Shown piece by piece: positions 1 to 17,016 of a stretch of 64,000 nucleotides of DNA. Source of the stretch: Vicugna vicugna (Eukaryota); assembly GCA_013265495.1 (NCBI GenBank), contig MU058198.1, positions 7,455,779 to 7,519,778 of the forward strand, in the 5' to 3' direction. The stretch's first letter is position 1. Every line of letters begins with the position of its first letter. The position numbers were made by a program, and so were the translations under genes. The notes beneath the pieces were generated by a model that did no database searches, had not been told where the DNA came from, and saw only the letters and a list, made by a program, of their open reading frames with translations.

Positions 1-3477
<3,477 letters not shown>

Positions 3478-3559
3478 CTTGTCGCTCCTCTGTGCCGCAG
3501 GTCACCGCAGGCTCGGTCCTGCCTCGGTACTGGGACAGCCGCTTCTCGGACAGCGACTG

Positions 3560-4060
3560 CCAAGGCCTGGCCCTCTGTCGACGCTTCAGCCAATCTACGC
3601 TGCAGAGAGGTCGGGTGTAGCCAATCCGCTGGAGGCGTCTCCCTCCGTCTCAACGGTGACCGTTGCTAAGGGGGCTCTTGGAGGAGGGGAGAAAGCGTAA
3701 GGCGCTTGCCAATCAGTGAGAAGAGAATGCGCATGTGTAATAAAATGCGAGCCCCGCCCCTGTGGTTTCTTCGAATTTGCTAATCCGAGGCAGGCGCTGT
3801 CTTTAGGACTAGGGAGTGGAAGTGTGTTGTCGGTTACCATGGGAACTGTCCACTGGCCAATCACCGAGAGAAAGAGGAGTTGTTCAGAAAGAAACCAAAC
3901 GGAACCCGAGAGGCGGGACAAAGGGCGACCAATAGAAACAGGAAATGGAGACGACTTCGCCACATCCGGCACTGTCTCTGGCGCCTGCGCTCTATGCTGA
4001 GAAGGCCAGTGACGTCCGGTGAAGTCCAAGATGGCGGCGTTAGGTTGAACCTGCTGCCGG
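3560..4060. promoter_or_regulatory. Bidirectional CpG-rich promoter shared by CFAP119 and RNF40
   Basis: CCAAT at 3590, 3621, 3709, 3857, 3929; RFX X-box GTTACCATGGGAAC 3833-3846; NRF1-like TGCGCATGTG 3728-3737; CRE-like TGACGTC 4010-4016; YY1 motif CAAGATGGCGGC 4027-4038. Confidence 0.85.
4010..4059 (+). other. RNF40: RNF40 non-coding exon 1 (5' end approximate)
   Basis: Donor CCG|GTGAGG at 4060; matching acceptor TCTGCAG| before 4168, upstream of the ATG at 4240. Confidence 0.7.
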
Positions 4061-4239
4061 TGAGGGGCCCGGGGTCGGCGGGGCGGGGTCCAGCAGGTCT
4101 GTGTAGGGGAAGCTCGGGGCCGAGGAACTCTGGCTGCTTCCACATCTCTGCTCTCTGTCTTCTGCAGGTGACGGAAGTGCCCCCTACTCCTGCCTGACGT
4201 CCCTCGGGAGACCCTGCGCCGCTCCTCGCCGCCGCGGCC

Positions 4240-7200
4240 ATGTCTGGGCCCGGCAACAAACGCGCTGCCGGTGATGGGGGCTCCGGGCCCCCAGAGAAGA
4301 AGCTGAGCCGCGAGGAGAAGACCACAACCACACTCATAGAGCCCATTCGTCTTGGGGGCATCTCTTCCACGGTTCGTGGGCTCCTGACCCAGCCTTCACA
4401 ACTTGCCAGAACTCACATCTCTGTTCTCTGTCCACATCGTCCAGAGCCTTACTGCCAGTTCCCCAAATTTAGCAAGATCCCCCTTATAGAACACTTTTGA
4501 AGGAAACCGAAGGCACGATGTCTGCCTTCCCTTTGCAGATAAGAAAACAGGTCCCCAGAGAGTGTGTAACTTGTCTAAGGCTTCAGAATAAGAAAGAAGC
4601 AGAAACAGAATATGATCCTCCTTACAACCAAGATGGTTTCTCTGTGGGAGTGGGAGCCTCTTTAAATGCTGTTAGCAGTTAGCTGGGGATACTCCTCTCC
4701 TATCCATTCCATTTACTTTCCTCTGTCTCTGTGATTGGTTTCTTGGGCCCTGCTTGACCCTCTCCTCAGTCCCTCTGTTTCCTTGGTAGGAGGAGATGGA
4801 CCTGAAGGTTCTGCAGTTCAAGAACAAAAAACTAGCAGAGCGGTTGGAACAGAGACAGGCTTGTGAGGATGAACTCCGAGAAAGAATTGAGAAGCTGGAG
4901 AAGCGGCAGGCCACAGATGATGCCACACTCCTCATTGTCAATCGCTACTGGGCCCAGGTGGATGCCCCTCTACTTTCCAAGACCTGGCCTTGATTCAGCT
5001 GCCTAGCCTCAGATGCCTCCGCTAGGAAAGTAGTATCATGCTGGAAAGCACCAGAGGAATTCATAATATTTTTGGTGCTTTTTCCCTTCAGCTGGATGAA
5101 ACTGTGGAAGCCCTTCTCCGACACCATGAGAGCCAAGGGGAGCTGTCTTCAGGGACAGAGATGCCTGGGACCCAGGAGGGGCCGACACGTGATGAGACCC
5201 CTCTCACAGAGCCAGGGACATCGGAGCTGAGGGGTAGGGCCAGAGTCCTAGGATCTGGGAAGCTTAATTAAGTTCTGGGAAAATGGAAGCGCTGGGGAGG
5301 AGGGGACTTTGACATTAGGCTGCCCACCTGTGCGCGATTGTGCACGCACACATACACACACGCACCCGCTCACACACACATACAAATTCATATTTGGGCA
5401 GCAAAGTGCAGTGGGTAAGAACACAGGCTTTAGAATCTGAGTGCAGTTCGTGGTTTGACACTCTTAGTTCACAATGTTAAATGTTGACTATGCACTTGCC
5501 ACTGTTGTAGATTTGGAGGAGACAGATAATAAAAGAGAAATAATGCTCCTGCTGTTAGGGAGGAAGTGATTACAAACTAATGAGAATAAACTATAGGGAC
5601 TCCTGAATGGGAATTTGTGTGCAGTAGACTGAGCAGGATTAGTAAGGCAGAGAAGGCTTTCCTGAGGAGGTGAATTGGGAGCTCTCTGGCCTTGGGAAGC
5701 TTACTTTGCCTCCCTGAACCTCAGTTGCTTCATTTTTAAGATGGGGTAACACTGTAGGACAGACACTGGTTGTGTTGATTCAGTAAGCCATAGAGAGCTG
5801 AAGGGCTGGGTCTGGAACTTGGTGCAGAGTGGTGGTAACTGTGGCTGTTATCTTCATGAGGGTCTGTCCATCCCTCCCAGAGCCCCTGCCAATACAGCTG
5901 CGGCCCCCTCTCAGCGAACCAGCCTTGGCGTTTGTGGTGGCACTGGGCGCCAGCAGTAGTGAGGAGGTGGAGCTGCAGCTGCAGGGCCGAATGGAGTTCT
6001 CCAAGGCAGCTGTGTCCCGTGTCGTCGAGGCCTCAGATCGCCTACAGCGCCAGGTGGAGGAACTCTGTCAGCGAGTATACAGCCGAGGTTAGTGCTTTGT
6101 GCACCCACCCCAGAGGTGTCCGTCCCCATTGGCATCTTTATGGTACCTCCTCAGTCCCCCTGGCCCAAAGGCAGCCACAGTTCCCCAAGGAATAACTCAG
6201 CCATGTTCTCAGGGGAAGGGTTAGGTTGTAGATGGGAGCTCTCGCTTTGATTCCTGAAGCTGAAGTCTAGAGAGACAGATGGGAGGGGTTGTTGATGCTT
6301 GGGGTGCCTCCCCCATGTGGTTGGAGACCTCTTGGGAACACTTCGTGCAAATCTTGATGGATGTTGCTGATCCACAAGGCATAGCAGTAAGTGTCCTGGC
6401 TTTGTAGGCAGACATACTTCTCCTAGCCTTAGTGCTGTCAGTCCTTCCTGGGCATTCTGGGCAAATGGCTCTCCTCTCTGAGCTGTTTCCTCCTTTGTAC
6501 AGTGGGGATAAAGACTCCTGGCTTTGTCATGAAAAAAAGACAGCTGGATCACACTGGGCACATAGCAGACTCCAGAATGAGTTAGTACTTTGCCCCATTG
6601 CCCTGGACTTGGCTCTTACCTGAGCCCTGCCTTCCCAGGGGACAGTGAGCCCCCCGGTGAGGCGGCTCGGGCACGCACCCGGGAGCTGGGCCGTGAAAAC
6701 CGGCGGCTACAGGACTTGGCCACCCAGCTACAGGAGAAGCACCACCGCATCTCCCTGGAGGTGAGAGTTGGGCTTTTGCAGGGAAGGATTAGAAAGAACC
6801 AGGGCAGGGTTTGGATTAGGTGGGCACCCAAGGATCTCAGGGAGCCAAGTCCCTCGTCTAAGCATCTGTCTCCTTCATTGTCCCCAGTACTCTGAGCTAC
6901 AGGATAAAGTGACATCTGCAGAGACCAAAGTGCTGGAGATGGAGACAACGGTAGAGGACCTGCAATGGGACATTGAGAAGTTGCGCAAGCGTGAGCAAAA
7001 GCTCAATAAGCACCTGGCAGAGGCCTTGGAGCAGGTGGGCTCAGATGTTGGGTCAGATGGAGCCAGAGCAGGGTATTTGGGGCCCTCGCTTCGCCCTTCC
7101 ACACCCATGTGTCTGTCTCTTCTCTCCACAGCTCAACTCTGGCTATTATGTGTCTGGGAGCTCCTCTGGTTTCCAGGGGGGCCAGATAACACTCAGCATG

Positions 7201-10200
7201 CAGAAGGTGAGCAGTGGCTTTCTTCCCAGTCACTCCCACAACCTTTTCTCTAACCCATCATTGCAGTTCCCCTCAGAATTAAGGACAGACATCCAGCTGT
7301 GGTCTCTGAGGCCCTTCCCTGTCACTCACCCTGCTCTTTGTTTAATTCTTTCTTTGTATATCCAGCAAGTATTTGCTGAACACTTAGCACTGGATACTGT
7401 GCCAGGAAGCAGACATATTGGAGATAAGATAGTCAAAAGTCAAACTCTTCCTGAAGCTTAGGTTCTAGTTGGGGAACTGACAAGAACTAGATAAAATAGT
7501 ACATCAGTTGGCTAGAAGTACCAAAAAACAAAAAAACCCAAAAAGTTCCTCTAGAAAAGAGATGTCGGGGTATGTTGGATCAATTGGTATTCCCACCTGT
7601 GTAGTTGAGAAGGGACCCCACTGTCACTGTCTTGTTCCTGTTCCTGCTTTTGTTCTCTCACCTCTTGGTCGTTGCACATTTTCTTGGTGCTGTGGGGGTC
7701 ACTGTGCCTGGTTTCCCTTTACTCTGTTTGCTTTTCAGTTCTTCCAGGAAGGCTTCCCTGACCCTGTCAGTTCTAAGCATTGGTTCCCAGCACTGACCAT
7801 ACAGTATTGAGTTTTCTCCCACTTGCTCAGGAGCCCCTAGGGAAGTGCCTGGGCCTGGCTTGTCCCTGGGGTTTCAGAATACATCACTGTTCTACATAGG
7901 GGAGTTTGGGTGGGGCATATGGTGGAATGGAGGGAAGCATACTTCTTGGCCTGGCCTGCCTCCCATGGCCCTTCCCACTCCACAGTTTGAGATGCTGAAT
8001 GCAGAGTTGGAGGAAAACCAGGAATTGGCCAATAGCCGCATGGCAGAGCTGGAGAAGCTACAGGCTGAACTTCAAGGCGCTGTGCGGACCAATGAGCGCC
8101 TCAAGGTAAGCTTGCGTGGAGCTGGGGGGGCCCGGGCCCACGAAATGGAGCTGAGCTCTGAATGCTTTTGCTGATCACCTTTGGCATCTCTGCCCCAGGT
8201 GGCCCTGCGGAGCCTTCCTGAGGAGGTTGTACGGGAGACAGGGGAGTACCGAATGCTGCAGGCCCAGTTCTCACTGCTCTACAATGAGTCTCTGCAAGTG
8301 AAGACCCAGCTGGACGAGGCCCGGGGGCTGCTGTTAGCCACTAAGAATTCCCACCTGAGACACATTGAACACATGGAGGTATGGCCTTGGAACAGGGGTG
8401 GGGGCCAGAGGTAAGGGCCAGATCCTTAGGGTCCAGTTGTTCCTGGGCCAAGGGTATTGGAGGCCCTCTGTGCCTGCCTTAGGAATAAAGTCTTCCTAAG
8501 CCACTGAGGCCTAAAGTTGGGGGAGCCTGCTGCAGCTAAGGGGTTTGTGGGTCCTTATTGCCTCATCCCACAGAGCGACGAACTGGGGCTGCAGAAGAAG
8601 CTGCGCACAGAGGTTATCCAGCTGGAGGACACGCTGGCCCAGGTACGCAAGGAGTACGAGATGCTGCGCATCGAGTTTGAACAGAACCTGGCGGCCAACG
8701 AGCAGGCGGGTATGTGGTGAGGACAGGGTTGAGGTGGGGCCTTATCTGGGATTGCTGGGCCCTGGTGTGGCCAAATGCCTATCCAGATGCAAGAGGTTAA
8801 GTCTGTTCCTTTAACAGAGTCTCTTCTCCCTATGGAAAACAGGGACCACAGCACCTGGCTCAAAGACAGTGAGGGTTACAGCCGGCTGAGGTGGCAGATG
8901 GAGAACATGAGCTGTCAGCCATATCCATGGTTCTCTGGTCTTATGGTGCCTGTCTGAGATATTTGTTCGTTTTACAAAGATTTATTGAACACTGCCTATG
9001 AGCCAGGCTCAGTTCTAGGTTTTGGGATTACACAAGTGAACAAAACACAGAATCTCTGCTATTCTGGAGCATTGTGACAGTGGGGGAAGACAGGCAACAA
9101 AGGAGGGAAAAATAGAACATGTGTATCAGGTAATGACAAACATACTAAGGAAAATAAAGCAGGGAGGGAAGACAGGAAGTATTCGAAGGAAGGGGTTGCA
9201 GTTTTGAATGGGGAGGCCAGGGAAATGTGACTAAGAAGATATTTATTCAAAAAGCCAGAACAAGTGGACTAACCTACTTTTGTGAATGTACAGTTAGTTA
9301 CATGTTCCTTTGAGGGAAGTTTGGAAATTTTTCACAAAACTTGTTGTAGCAGAGATAACACACGTTGGCTGTATCGAGTTACTTTTAGGTGAATTTCCTT
9401 CAGTTACTTACTTTGATGAGATCATACTCCATATATAAGGCTTCAGTGTTCCTCTCCTGTATGTTGAGAGTGATGTCTCTGGTCCTGCCTCTTCCCCCGC
9501 TGAAGGGTTGGGCCCCTAACACAAGGGCCAGTCCAACCTCCGTTCCCCATCCTCCTCCAGGGCCCATCAACCGGGAGATGCGCCATCTGATTAGCAGCCT
9601 CCAAAACCACAACCACCAGCTAAAGGGGGATGCCCAGCGATACAAGCGGAAGCTGCGGGAAGTACAAGCTGAGATTGGCAAGGTGAGGAGGGTGCTGCCT
9701 GGGAAAAGCCACGGCTCGACCCCAGGGAGCAGCATCTCGCCTCAGTCCTGTTCTCTCTCTGCTTTGCAGCTCCGGGCCCAGGCCAGTGGCTCTACCCACT
9801 CCATTCCCAGCCTGGGCCACCCAGAGGACTCCAGCCTCAGTGCCCCAGCCCCAGGGAAAGAAGAGGGTGGGCCAGTCCCTGTTGGTGCTCCTGACGCCAG
9901 AAAGGAGACGGCTTCGGTGCCTGGCACCACCGTTACTACCTCCTCAGCAAAGAAGGAAGACCTGGTCCCCTCGGAGGAAGATGCCCAGGCCCTAACCCCC
10001 GGGGCCCAGGGCCCCTCCTCCCGGGGCCGAGAACCTGAGGCCAGGCCCAAGCGGGAGCTTCGGGAGCGGGAAGGGCCTGGCCTGGGACCCCCATCAGTAG
10101 CCTCAGCTCTGTCAAGGGCTGATCGGGAGAAGGCCAAGGTGGAGGAGGCCAAGAGAAAGGAATCAGAGCTCCTCAAAGGTCTCCGAGCAGAGCTCAAGTG

Positions 10201-13200
10201 AGGCCCTATTCCTTTCTCTTTCCCAGCCCTGCTGAGTGGCCTCCAACCCTGCTCACCAAAACCTTCCTCCTATGTCTCCCCTAGGAAGGCCCAGGAAAGT
10301 CAGAAGGAGATGAAGCTGTTGCTGGACATGTATAAGTCAGCGCCCAAGGAGCAGCGGGATAAGGTGCAGCTCATGGCAGCTGAACGCAAGGCCAAGGCTG
10401 AGGTGAGGGCAGGTAGGGCCTGTGGGACATGCAGAGAGGCTGCCTCAGGGGGTTCTAACTAGAGTATAGAGCCCTAGGTCAACAGGAAGCAGTGTTGAGG
10501 GCTCCCTCCTTTGGGTGATTATAGGTCGATGAGTTAAGGAGCCGCATCCGGGAATTGGAGGAGAGGGATCGGAGGGAGAGCAAGAAGATTGCAGATGAGG
10601 ATGCCCTGCGGCGCATTCGGCAGGCAGAGGAGCAGATAGAACACCTGCAGCGCAAGTTGGGTGCCACTAAGCAGGTGTGACCCTCTTTTGGTCCCCTTTC
10701 TTCTGAATGTTGGGATTCCCTAAACCTCTTGTTCTAGCAGATGGCCTCTGTCCACTCTGGTTCTGTGCTTAGCTGTGTTTTCCTGTGGTTTCCCCACGGT
10801 CATCCTGTCCATCTGCCACATTCTATCTTGTCCCTGCGCACTTGCTGCAGGAGGAGGAGGCTCTGCTGTCAGAGATGGATGTGACAGGCCAGGCTTTTGA
10901 GGACATGCAGGAGCAGAATGGGCGGCTCCTACAGCAGTTGCGGGAGAAGGATGATGCCAACTTTAAGCTGATGTCAGAGCGGATCAAGGCCAACCAGATT
11001 CATAAGCTATTGCGGGAGGAAAAGGATGAGCTGGGCGAGCAGGTTCTTGGCCTCAAGTCCCAGGTATGACTGTCCTGGGCTTCTAGGGTGCAGCCAGAGA
11101 GGTTGGGGCTCCCCAGCACTGAGTCCCCACTCCTGTCCTCAGGTGGATGCCCAGCTGCTAACTGTGCAGAAGCTGGAGGAAAAAGAGCGGGCCTTGCAGG
11201 GCAGCCTCGGGGGTGTGGAGAAGGAGCTGACGCTGCGCAGCCAGGCCCTGGAGCTCAACAAGAGGAAGGTGAGGCCAGACTTGAGGGGACAGCAAACTGA
11301 GATGCTGGCTCACAGCCTCACTTTCTGACTCTGCTTAGAGAACTTGAAGGAGGTGACCTGGGCTTAATCCCAAATCTGCTTCCTCTCAGCTCACATCTCA
11401 GACACTTAACTCTGTTCCGGACCCTATGTGGAGGACTTAACTGTGCTTGGTCACATTTCAGTCTCAATAACCTCACAGTAGTTTTTGTTATTGTTCACCT
11501 TTCACAGGTGAGGAAACTGAGTCTCAGAGAGGTAGCTGATTTGTTGAAGAAAGAGTAGAACTCGATTTGGGCCTGGGCTTCCTTGGCTCCACAACCCACA
11601 TCCTGACCACTACATTGATTACCTGTAAAATGGGGATGGTGGTCCCTGCCATGTAGTTGCATTAAGCCTAAGAAACGTTTAGCTCATGGTAGTTGTTCTT
11701 TTGAGGTGGGAGCAGAGTCAGTAATGACCTGTGTTGCCATCTTTATGATGTCAGTCTTCTAGCTCAGGGTAAAGTCTTAAGATTAATACCGATTTTCATC
11801 TTCTTGCCCCTGCTGAACTTTTTTCTTCTTCTCCATTTAATTCATTCATTTAAGCAGCATTAGTCATGCCCTCGTTATATACCAGGACCTCCTTGAGTGT
11901 TAGGGAGACCATGGGAGCAAGATAGTCCTGCTGGAAGTGGGAACTCCCAGTTTTAAGGGGCAGATAGCAAGCCAGTAATCCTGTAGATAAAAAGACGTTA
12001 TTATAGATCATAGCAAGTCTTAGGAAGGAGACTGAGGTGTGTGAAAGAAAAATAGGAGAGCCTCTCACAAGAGGTGGTGACATTTGAGCAGAGTCCTGGG
12101 GAAGTTGCAGGAAAAAAGTATGTGTCTTGGGGGAGTTGATGGGAGCAGAGAGAAGAGCCCTGAGCTCTTCAGGGGAACATTATGCAGGTGAGGAATGAGA
12201 GAGAATAGGAGGTGGTGAGGAATGAGACAGAATAGGAGGAGGTGAGGGTTGAGAGGTCAGGAGGCAGGACCAGTTCCAGTGAAGATATTGGAGTTGATTC
12301 CGAGAGCAGGAATCACTGGACATTTGACACAAGTGTCTTTGGACCGTGGCTCCACATGCCTGACTCCCCAGGCTCAGGCAAATGGTGGCCCTCCCTATTC
12401 CACCCACCTAGGCTGTGGAAGCGGCCCAGCTGGCCGAGGACCTGAAGGTGCAGCTGGAGCATGTGCAGACTCGGCTTCGAGAGATCCAGCCTTGCCTGGC
12501 AGAGAGCCGGGCTGCTCGTGAGAAAGAGAGCTTCAACCTCAAGAGGGCTCAGGTGGGTGAATGTCTAGAGGTGGAGGAGGCAGGCGGTTCAGATCGAGGA
12601 CCCTTTCACTCAGCCTAGCCCCTCTGCTGCCCTAGGAGGACATCTCACGGCTGCGGCGCAAGCTGGAGAAGCAGAGGAAGGTGGAGGTTTATGCAGATGC
12701 TGATGAAATTCTCCAGGAGGAGATCAAGGAGTACAAGGTGGGGCTGTGGGGCTGGGTTGTGCTCCATTGACCTGGGAATCTTAGAGAGGAATTTGGTGAG
12801 AGCTGCAGTGGGTAGGCTGGGGACCTTGGAAGTAAGGTAGGATAGCAAAAAGTGGGCAGAACCCATTGTAGAGAATCAAGACAACTGATGAAATAGGCTA
12901 TGCATATTGTGTGCCAGGCAAAGTGCCTGCCTAGGTGTGGGAGCGCTGGGAGCTAGACCTGGTCTCAGATCTCTTGAAACTGACAGTCTGTTGGAGAAGG
13001 AGCCAAGTAATTCTCTCATCTGAGTGATAAGCAGTGTGATGACAGAGGCCAGGGGGTTTGTGGGAACTCAGCGGAGGCCCTTAACAGCCCTGGGGGTCAG
13101 CAGGCTTCCTGGAAGGAATATCATCTAAAGGAAAACTGAAGAATGAGTCAGGGTTAGCTGTGAGGAATAGGGATGAGAGAGTTCCAGCAAAGGGAAAGGC

Positions 13201-14864
13201 AGGGGTGGTGGCCTCTAGTTGAGAGAAGTGTGCTGGAAGACAGAACTGGACAGTTAGAGTTGAAGGTCAGAATGTGGATTTTGTGGGCAGCAACAAGCCT
13301 GGAGGGGGTTAGGCAGTGTCAGATTCTGAAGAGTAAGGTAAGCCCTTTTGAGATACTTGACTTATCCTTAGGCAATGTGGAGACATCAAAGGGTTTTAAA
13401 CCAAATAGTGACATCTCAAGGATGTTGAGAATAAGGTGCCTGCAGGACTTTTTGAGAGGCCCTCTGGGAAGGCACTCAAAGCAGAAGGACTGATCTGGAG
13501 AAGGGTTTGGGGAATTGTCTGCATAGGCAGAGGTGGAAGCCACATGTAGTCACCCAGGAAGGGTCTGTGGTACGAGATGGAACAGAGGTCACTCCCCCTG
13601 AGGAACCTCAAAGCTTAAATGATGGGCAGAGGAAGAGAAGCCTGTGGTTCAGGGGGAAGGAGAGCGATCTATAGGGAGTTGATTGGGGAAGACTTTCAAG
13701 AAGGCAGGGCTGAGCTGAGTCTGAGCTGCCCAGAAGGCAAATGAAGCAAGTGATTAAAGATGCCTCTTGTATTTGGCAGTCTTGGTGGGAATGGATGTTG
13801 GGTGGAGGTGGACGTCAGATCACCTGGACTCTGGCCTACTGGAGTGAGGAGAGAGTGGAGGGTGTGTCAGAAAATAGACAACCTTTTGTAGCAGTTTGGC
13901 CTTGAAGAGACACAGGCAGCTGAAGGCATCCATGGGGAGAAGGGAAGGGTTTCTGAGAAGGGACAGAGTTTGGAGCCTGTCAAATGCTGATGGGTTCTGA
14001 GAGCTAGGGAAGAGGCAATGCTTGGAGAGAGTTGCTGAAGTGGTGGTCTGGGCTGGGATTTCAAACAGGGCAGAGGATGAATGTTGGGGAATGCTGAGTT
14101 GTGGGAATTTCCTGTCTGGAGTTGGAGGCAACTGGTGGCAGGTGGGAAGTTTTAGAATAGAGGAGATTTGTAAACCCTCAACAGAGAAAAATGAATCCAG
14201 GGACCCAAAGCTGGATCTCTGGGCAGTACCAGGGAGGGATCCAGTTGAGTGTTGAGAACAGCAGGGTTCTAGTGGCACTGCCATGCTGAGCTGTGACTTA
14301 GCAGGTGCGGGTGGGGAGAAGGTAGGCTGTTGGCTTAAGCCGGGATTGGGCTTTTGCCAGAGAAGGCCAGAGCAGCAAGAGATGGAACCACAGGGCAGAG
14401 GAGCTCAGGCTGGAGCCTGTGGGTCATTGACCTTAAGAGGGGACATCTGACCCCTGGCCATCACTGCCTGGGTTCAAGTCCAGACTGTGCTACTTCCTAG
14501 TTTCAAGACCTCAGCTTCTGAGCCTCAGTTTCCTCTGGAGAGTGTTCATCCTCACGTCCCAGGGTCATGGTGAGAGTTAGATGCATTCTGCTGTGTGGTG
14601 GGCTTATTCTGGACTGCCTCTTGCTGTCATCTTGGGATCTGGGCACTGTCAGGATTGTTCCCGAGCTGATGCCTTTGCCCGGCCCAGGCGCGGTTGACCT
14701 GCCCCTGCTGTAACACCCGCAAGAAGGATGCAGTCCTTACCAAGTGCTTCCACGTTTTCTGCTTCGAGTGTGTGCGGGGCCGCTATGAGGCCCGCCAGAG
14801 GAAGTGCCCCAAGTGCAACGCAGCCTTTGGTGCCCACGACTTCCACCGTGTCTACATCAGCTGA
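4240..14864 (+). CDS. RNF40: E3 ubiquitin-protein ligase BRE1B (H2B monoubiquitination), 1001 aa
   Basis: Coding exons 4240-4371, 4790-4957, 5092-5233, 5881-6087, 6639-6760, 6888-7034, 7132-7206, 7986-8105, 8199-8378, 8574-8709, 9561-9682, 9770-10197, 10285-10402, 10525-10674, 10851-11063, 11143-11268, 12412-12552, 12636-12737, 14688-14864. All GT-AG and phase-consistent; sum 3006 nt = 1001 aa + stop. Starts [14 protein letters not shown], ends in RING domain [41 protein letters not shown]...VYIS. Confidence 0.97.
12187..12247. repeat. Short 27-bp tandem duplication in an RNF40 intron
   Basis: GGTGAGGAATGAGA(G/C)AGAATAGGAGG(T/A) occurs twice, plus a partial third copy. Confidence 0.7.
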
Positions 14865-15922
14865 ACCTGTAACTCAGGGGACTTTGGAACACCCATGGAC
14901 CCTGGGGGCTGTGCCTCCAGTCCCTCCCCACCCCACACCCAGTGGCCCCCACTCTCCATTCCGGACCTTGTGGGCCTATCCCCTCCCCACGTAGTTGGTT
15001 CAGGGGCCCCAGTGCATGCTAGTGGGAGTGGGATCAGCCAAGCTCAGTTCCACCTTTTCCCCAAGGTCAGAGCTCCAGCCTAGGGAGCACTCACCCTGCA
15101 GGAAAGGTCTGCTGTGAGGGGCCCAGAGAGAGCACTCAGCTGAACTTCCTGGAAGCTGGCCCCAACTCTTCAACTGTCTCCACAGGCCCATCCCAGCCCT
15201 AAAGGAAATTCCCCGGGCTGTGACTTCTCACACAAGTGAAGGCTCACTATCTGCTTACCCACAAGTGAGGACCAGGGATGGGCTAGGTCCCCAGCTCACT
15301 GCCCTAAGACTGGGCCCTGGGGCCCAGGGAAACTTCCTTTACGTAGTGCTCCCCAAACCTGGGCAGAGCTTCCCTCCTGTGGAGTTCCTTGGGGGTTTTG
15401 GTCTGGTCTTGTGTGCTAAGAGCACCCTCTTGGTGAGGGCACCATCCTCTTCCTCTGGGAAGCTCTGAGGTTGCTGCAGTCACTTTGCCCTCATCTTGGG
15501 AGTGCTGAACCAAGATCATCGGTTTCTATTCTAATCAGACCCCTCTCAATCTCTACTTTGCTCCCAGGCCCACTTACACCCACCTCAATGCTTCCCAAGG
15601 TTCTGCTGGGTCCCTAACCCTGACCGTTTCATCCTGGTGGCCTTATTAACTGCAGTGGGGGCAAAACTTCCCAGGAGGGAAAGGGAAAGACTGGCTGCTG
15701 GGCCAACTTCCGATCATTCCAGGTAGAAGAGCTTCACCTAACACCCTGTCACTGAGCCTGTACCCACGATGCTTCCTGTGCTGCCTGCCCAAGCAAACTC
15801 CATGGGCTGTAAAGGCAGTACACAGGGACCTGGAAGGTGGAGCTGCTGAACAGGTGCAAGGGTCCACTCGGACCCACAGCCCCTGCTCTAGAAATGTCTT
15901 GTATAGGCTGTTAATTGTTATG

Positions 15923-15928
15923 AATAAA
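15923..15928 (+). terminator. Probable RNF40 polyadenylation signal
   Basis: AATAAA about 1.06 kb after the RNF40 stop codon. Confidence 0.75.
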
Positions 15929-16289
15929 CGCCCAACTCAGCCTATAGTCTTAGTAGCCAGGCTTCCTACCCTAAATGTGGTCCTGGATTTTGGCTGTTAA
16001 AACTTGTTCCCCGAGCTCCCCTGGCTGACATGTGAACCTGGAGGGCCTGCACAAATGAGATACCCTGGTCCTGCCCACCTCCAACGACTAGTTATGCTTA
16101 GACCTAACTGCCATCCGGTTTCTCGGACTGGGCCCTTGGGAGGGGCGTGTCTACAAGGAGAAAGTGTCGTGGTCTGTCCGCTGCAGCCCGCCGACCTCTC
16201 CTGTTCCCACGGGGAGGGGCTGACACTCCCTGCATCGCCACAACTGCGGGCCGCGGTCCTCACGGGCTCACCACGCTCCCCCCCCCCAC

Positions 16290-16360
16290 CGCAGTCATTG
16301 GCTACAGGGATGCTGGGAGCCTCGAGGCGCATCCTGGGAAATGTAGTCCCTTATTGGCAC
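16290..16360. promoter_or_regulatory. ZNF143/THAP11-type (SBS/ACTACA) promoter element with CCAAT boxes
   Basis: GCATCCTGGGAAATGTAGT at 16329-16347 (reverse complement ACTACATTTCCCAGGATGC); ATTGG at 16297 and 16353; in CpG-rich sequence. Confidence 0.7.
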
Positions 16361-16533
16361 CGGCTGACGAGATTCTCCGAGGTAAGACCCAAGTTCCCAG
16401 TTGTGCTGGTCAGAGGCAGGCTTGGACCCAGTCTATCCCCAACGGCTTTACCCGCCCCTTCCCCCCTCGGACGGACAGACAGGACATCTCAGCGGGTGAC
16501 TTCCTTCATTGCCATTTGTGCTGGCTGTTAGCC

Positions 16534-17016
16534 ATGTCCTCGAGAACCGTGTGTCGAATGGCGCTGTGGGTTCATCGCTCTGTCGGGTACGCGGGCGGAG
16601 CCTTCACCGAGGCTGCGCTGGGGCTCGCGCTCAGGCCGGTGCTGACCGGGCTTGGTGCCGAAACAGGAGCTGGAATTGGAGCCATGGCCACGGGAGCCGC
16701 TGCCGGCTTGTCAGCAGTCATGCCCTTGCGCACTCCCGCAGCATTATCGGCGGTAGCACCTTCGCGGGGGCTCGCGGCGTTGTCCGCCTTAGGGCCCCAC
16801 CTGGCGCCCAAAGTTTCGGAGGGTCCGCAGCAGCTGGACCAGGTCGGACTGGAGGCGGAGACTCGGGCTACGGTGACTTCCGGCGCAGGGCTGGCGGCAG
16901 TGGGCACGCTTGCTGAAGCTCTGGCCGCGGCGGGGGATGGCATCCGGCCGAGGAAGTGTCCGCGGCCCCGGGCAGTGGTAGTCAGGTTGGGTAAAACGCA
17001 GCGTATTGCATCATAG
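16534..17016 (+). CDS. Candidate uncharacterised 160-aa Ala/Gly/Leu-rich ORF, antisense to a decayed zinc-finger exon
   Basis: gccATG at 16534 directly after acceptor-like GCTGTTAG (AG 16530-16531); donor CGAG|GTAAG at 16382; TAG ending 17016; AATAAA 17208-17213. Coding status unproven. Confidence 0.3.
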   Translation: MSSRTVCRMALWVHRSVGYAGGAFTEAALGLALRPVLTGLGAETGAGIGAMATGAAAGLSAVMPLRTPAALSAVAPSRGLAALSALGPHLAPKVSEGPQQLDQVGLEAETRATVTSGAGLAAVGTLAEALAAAGDGIRPRKCPRPRAVVVRLGKTQRIAS

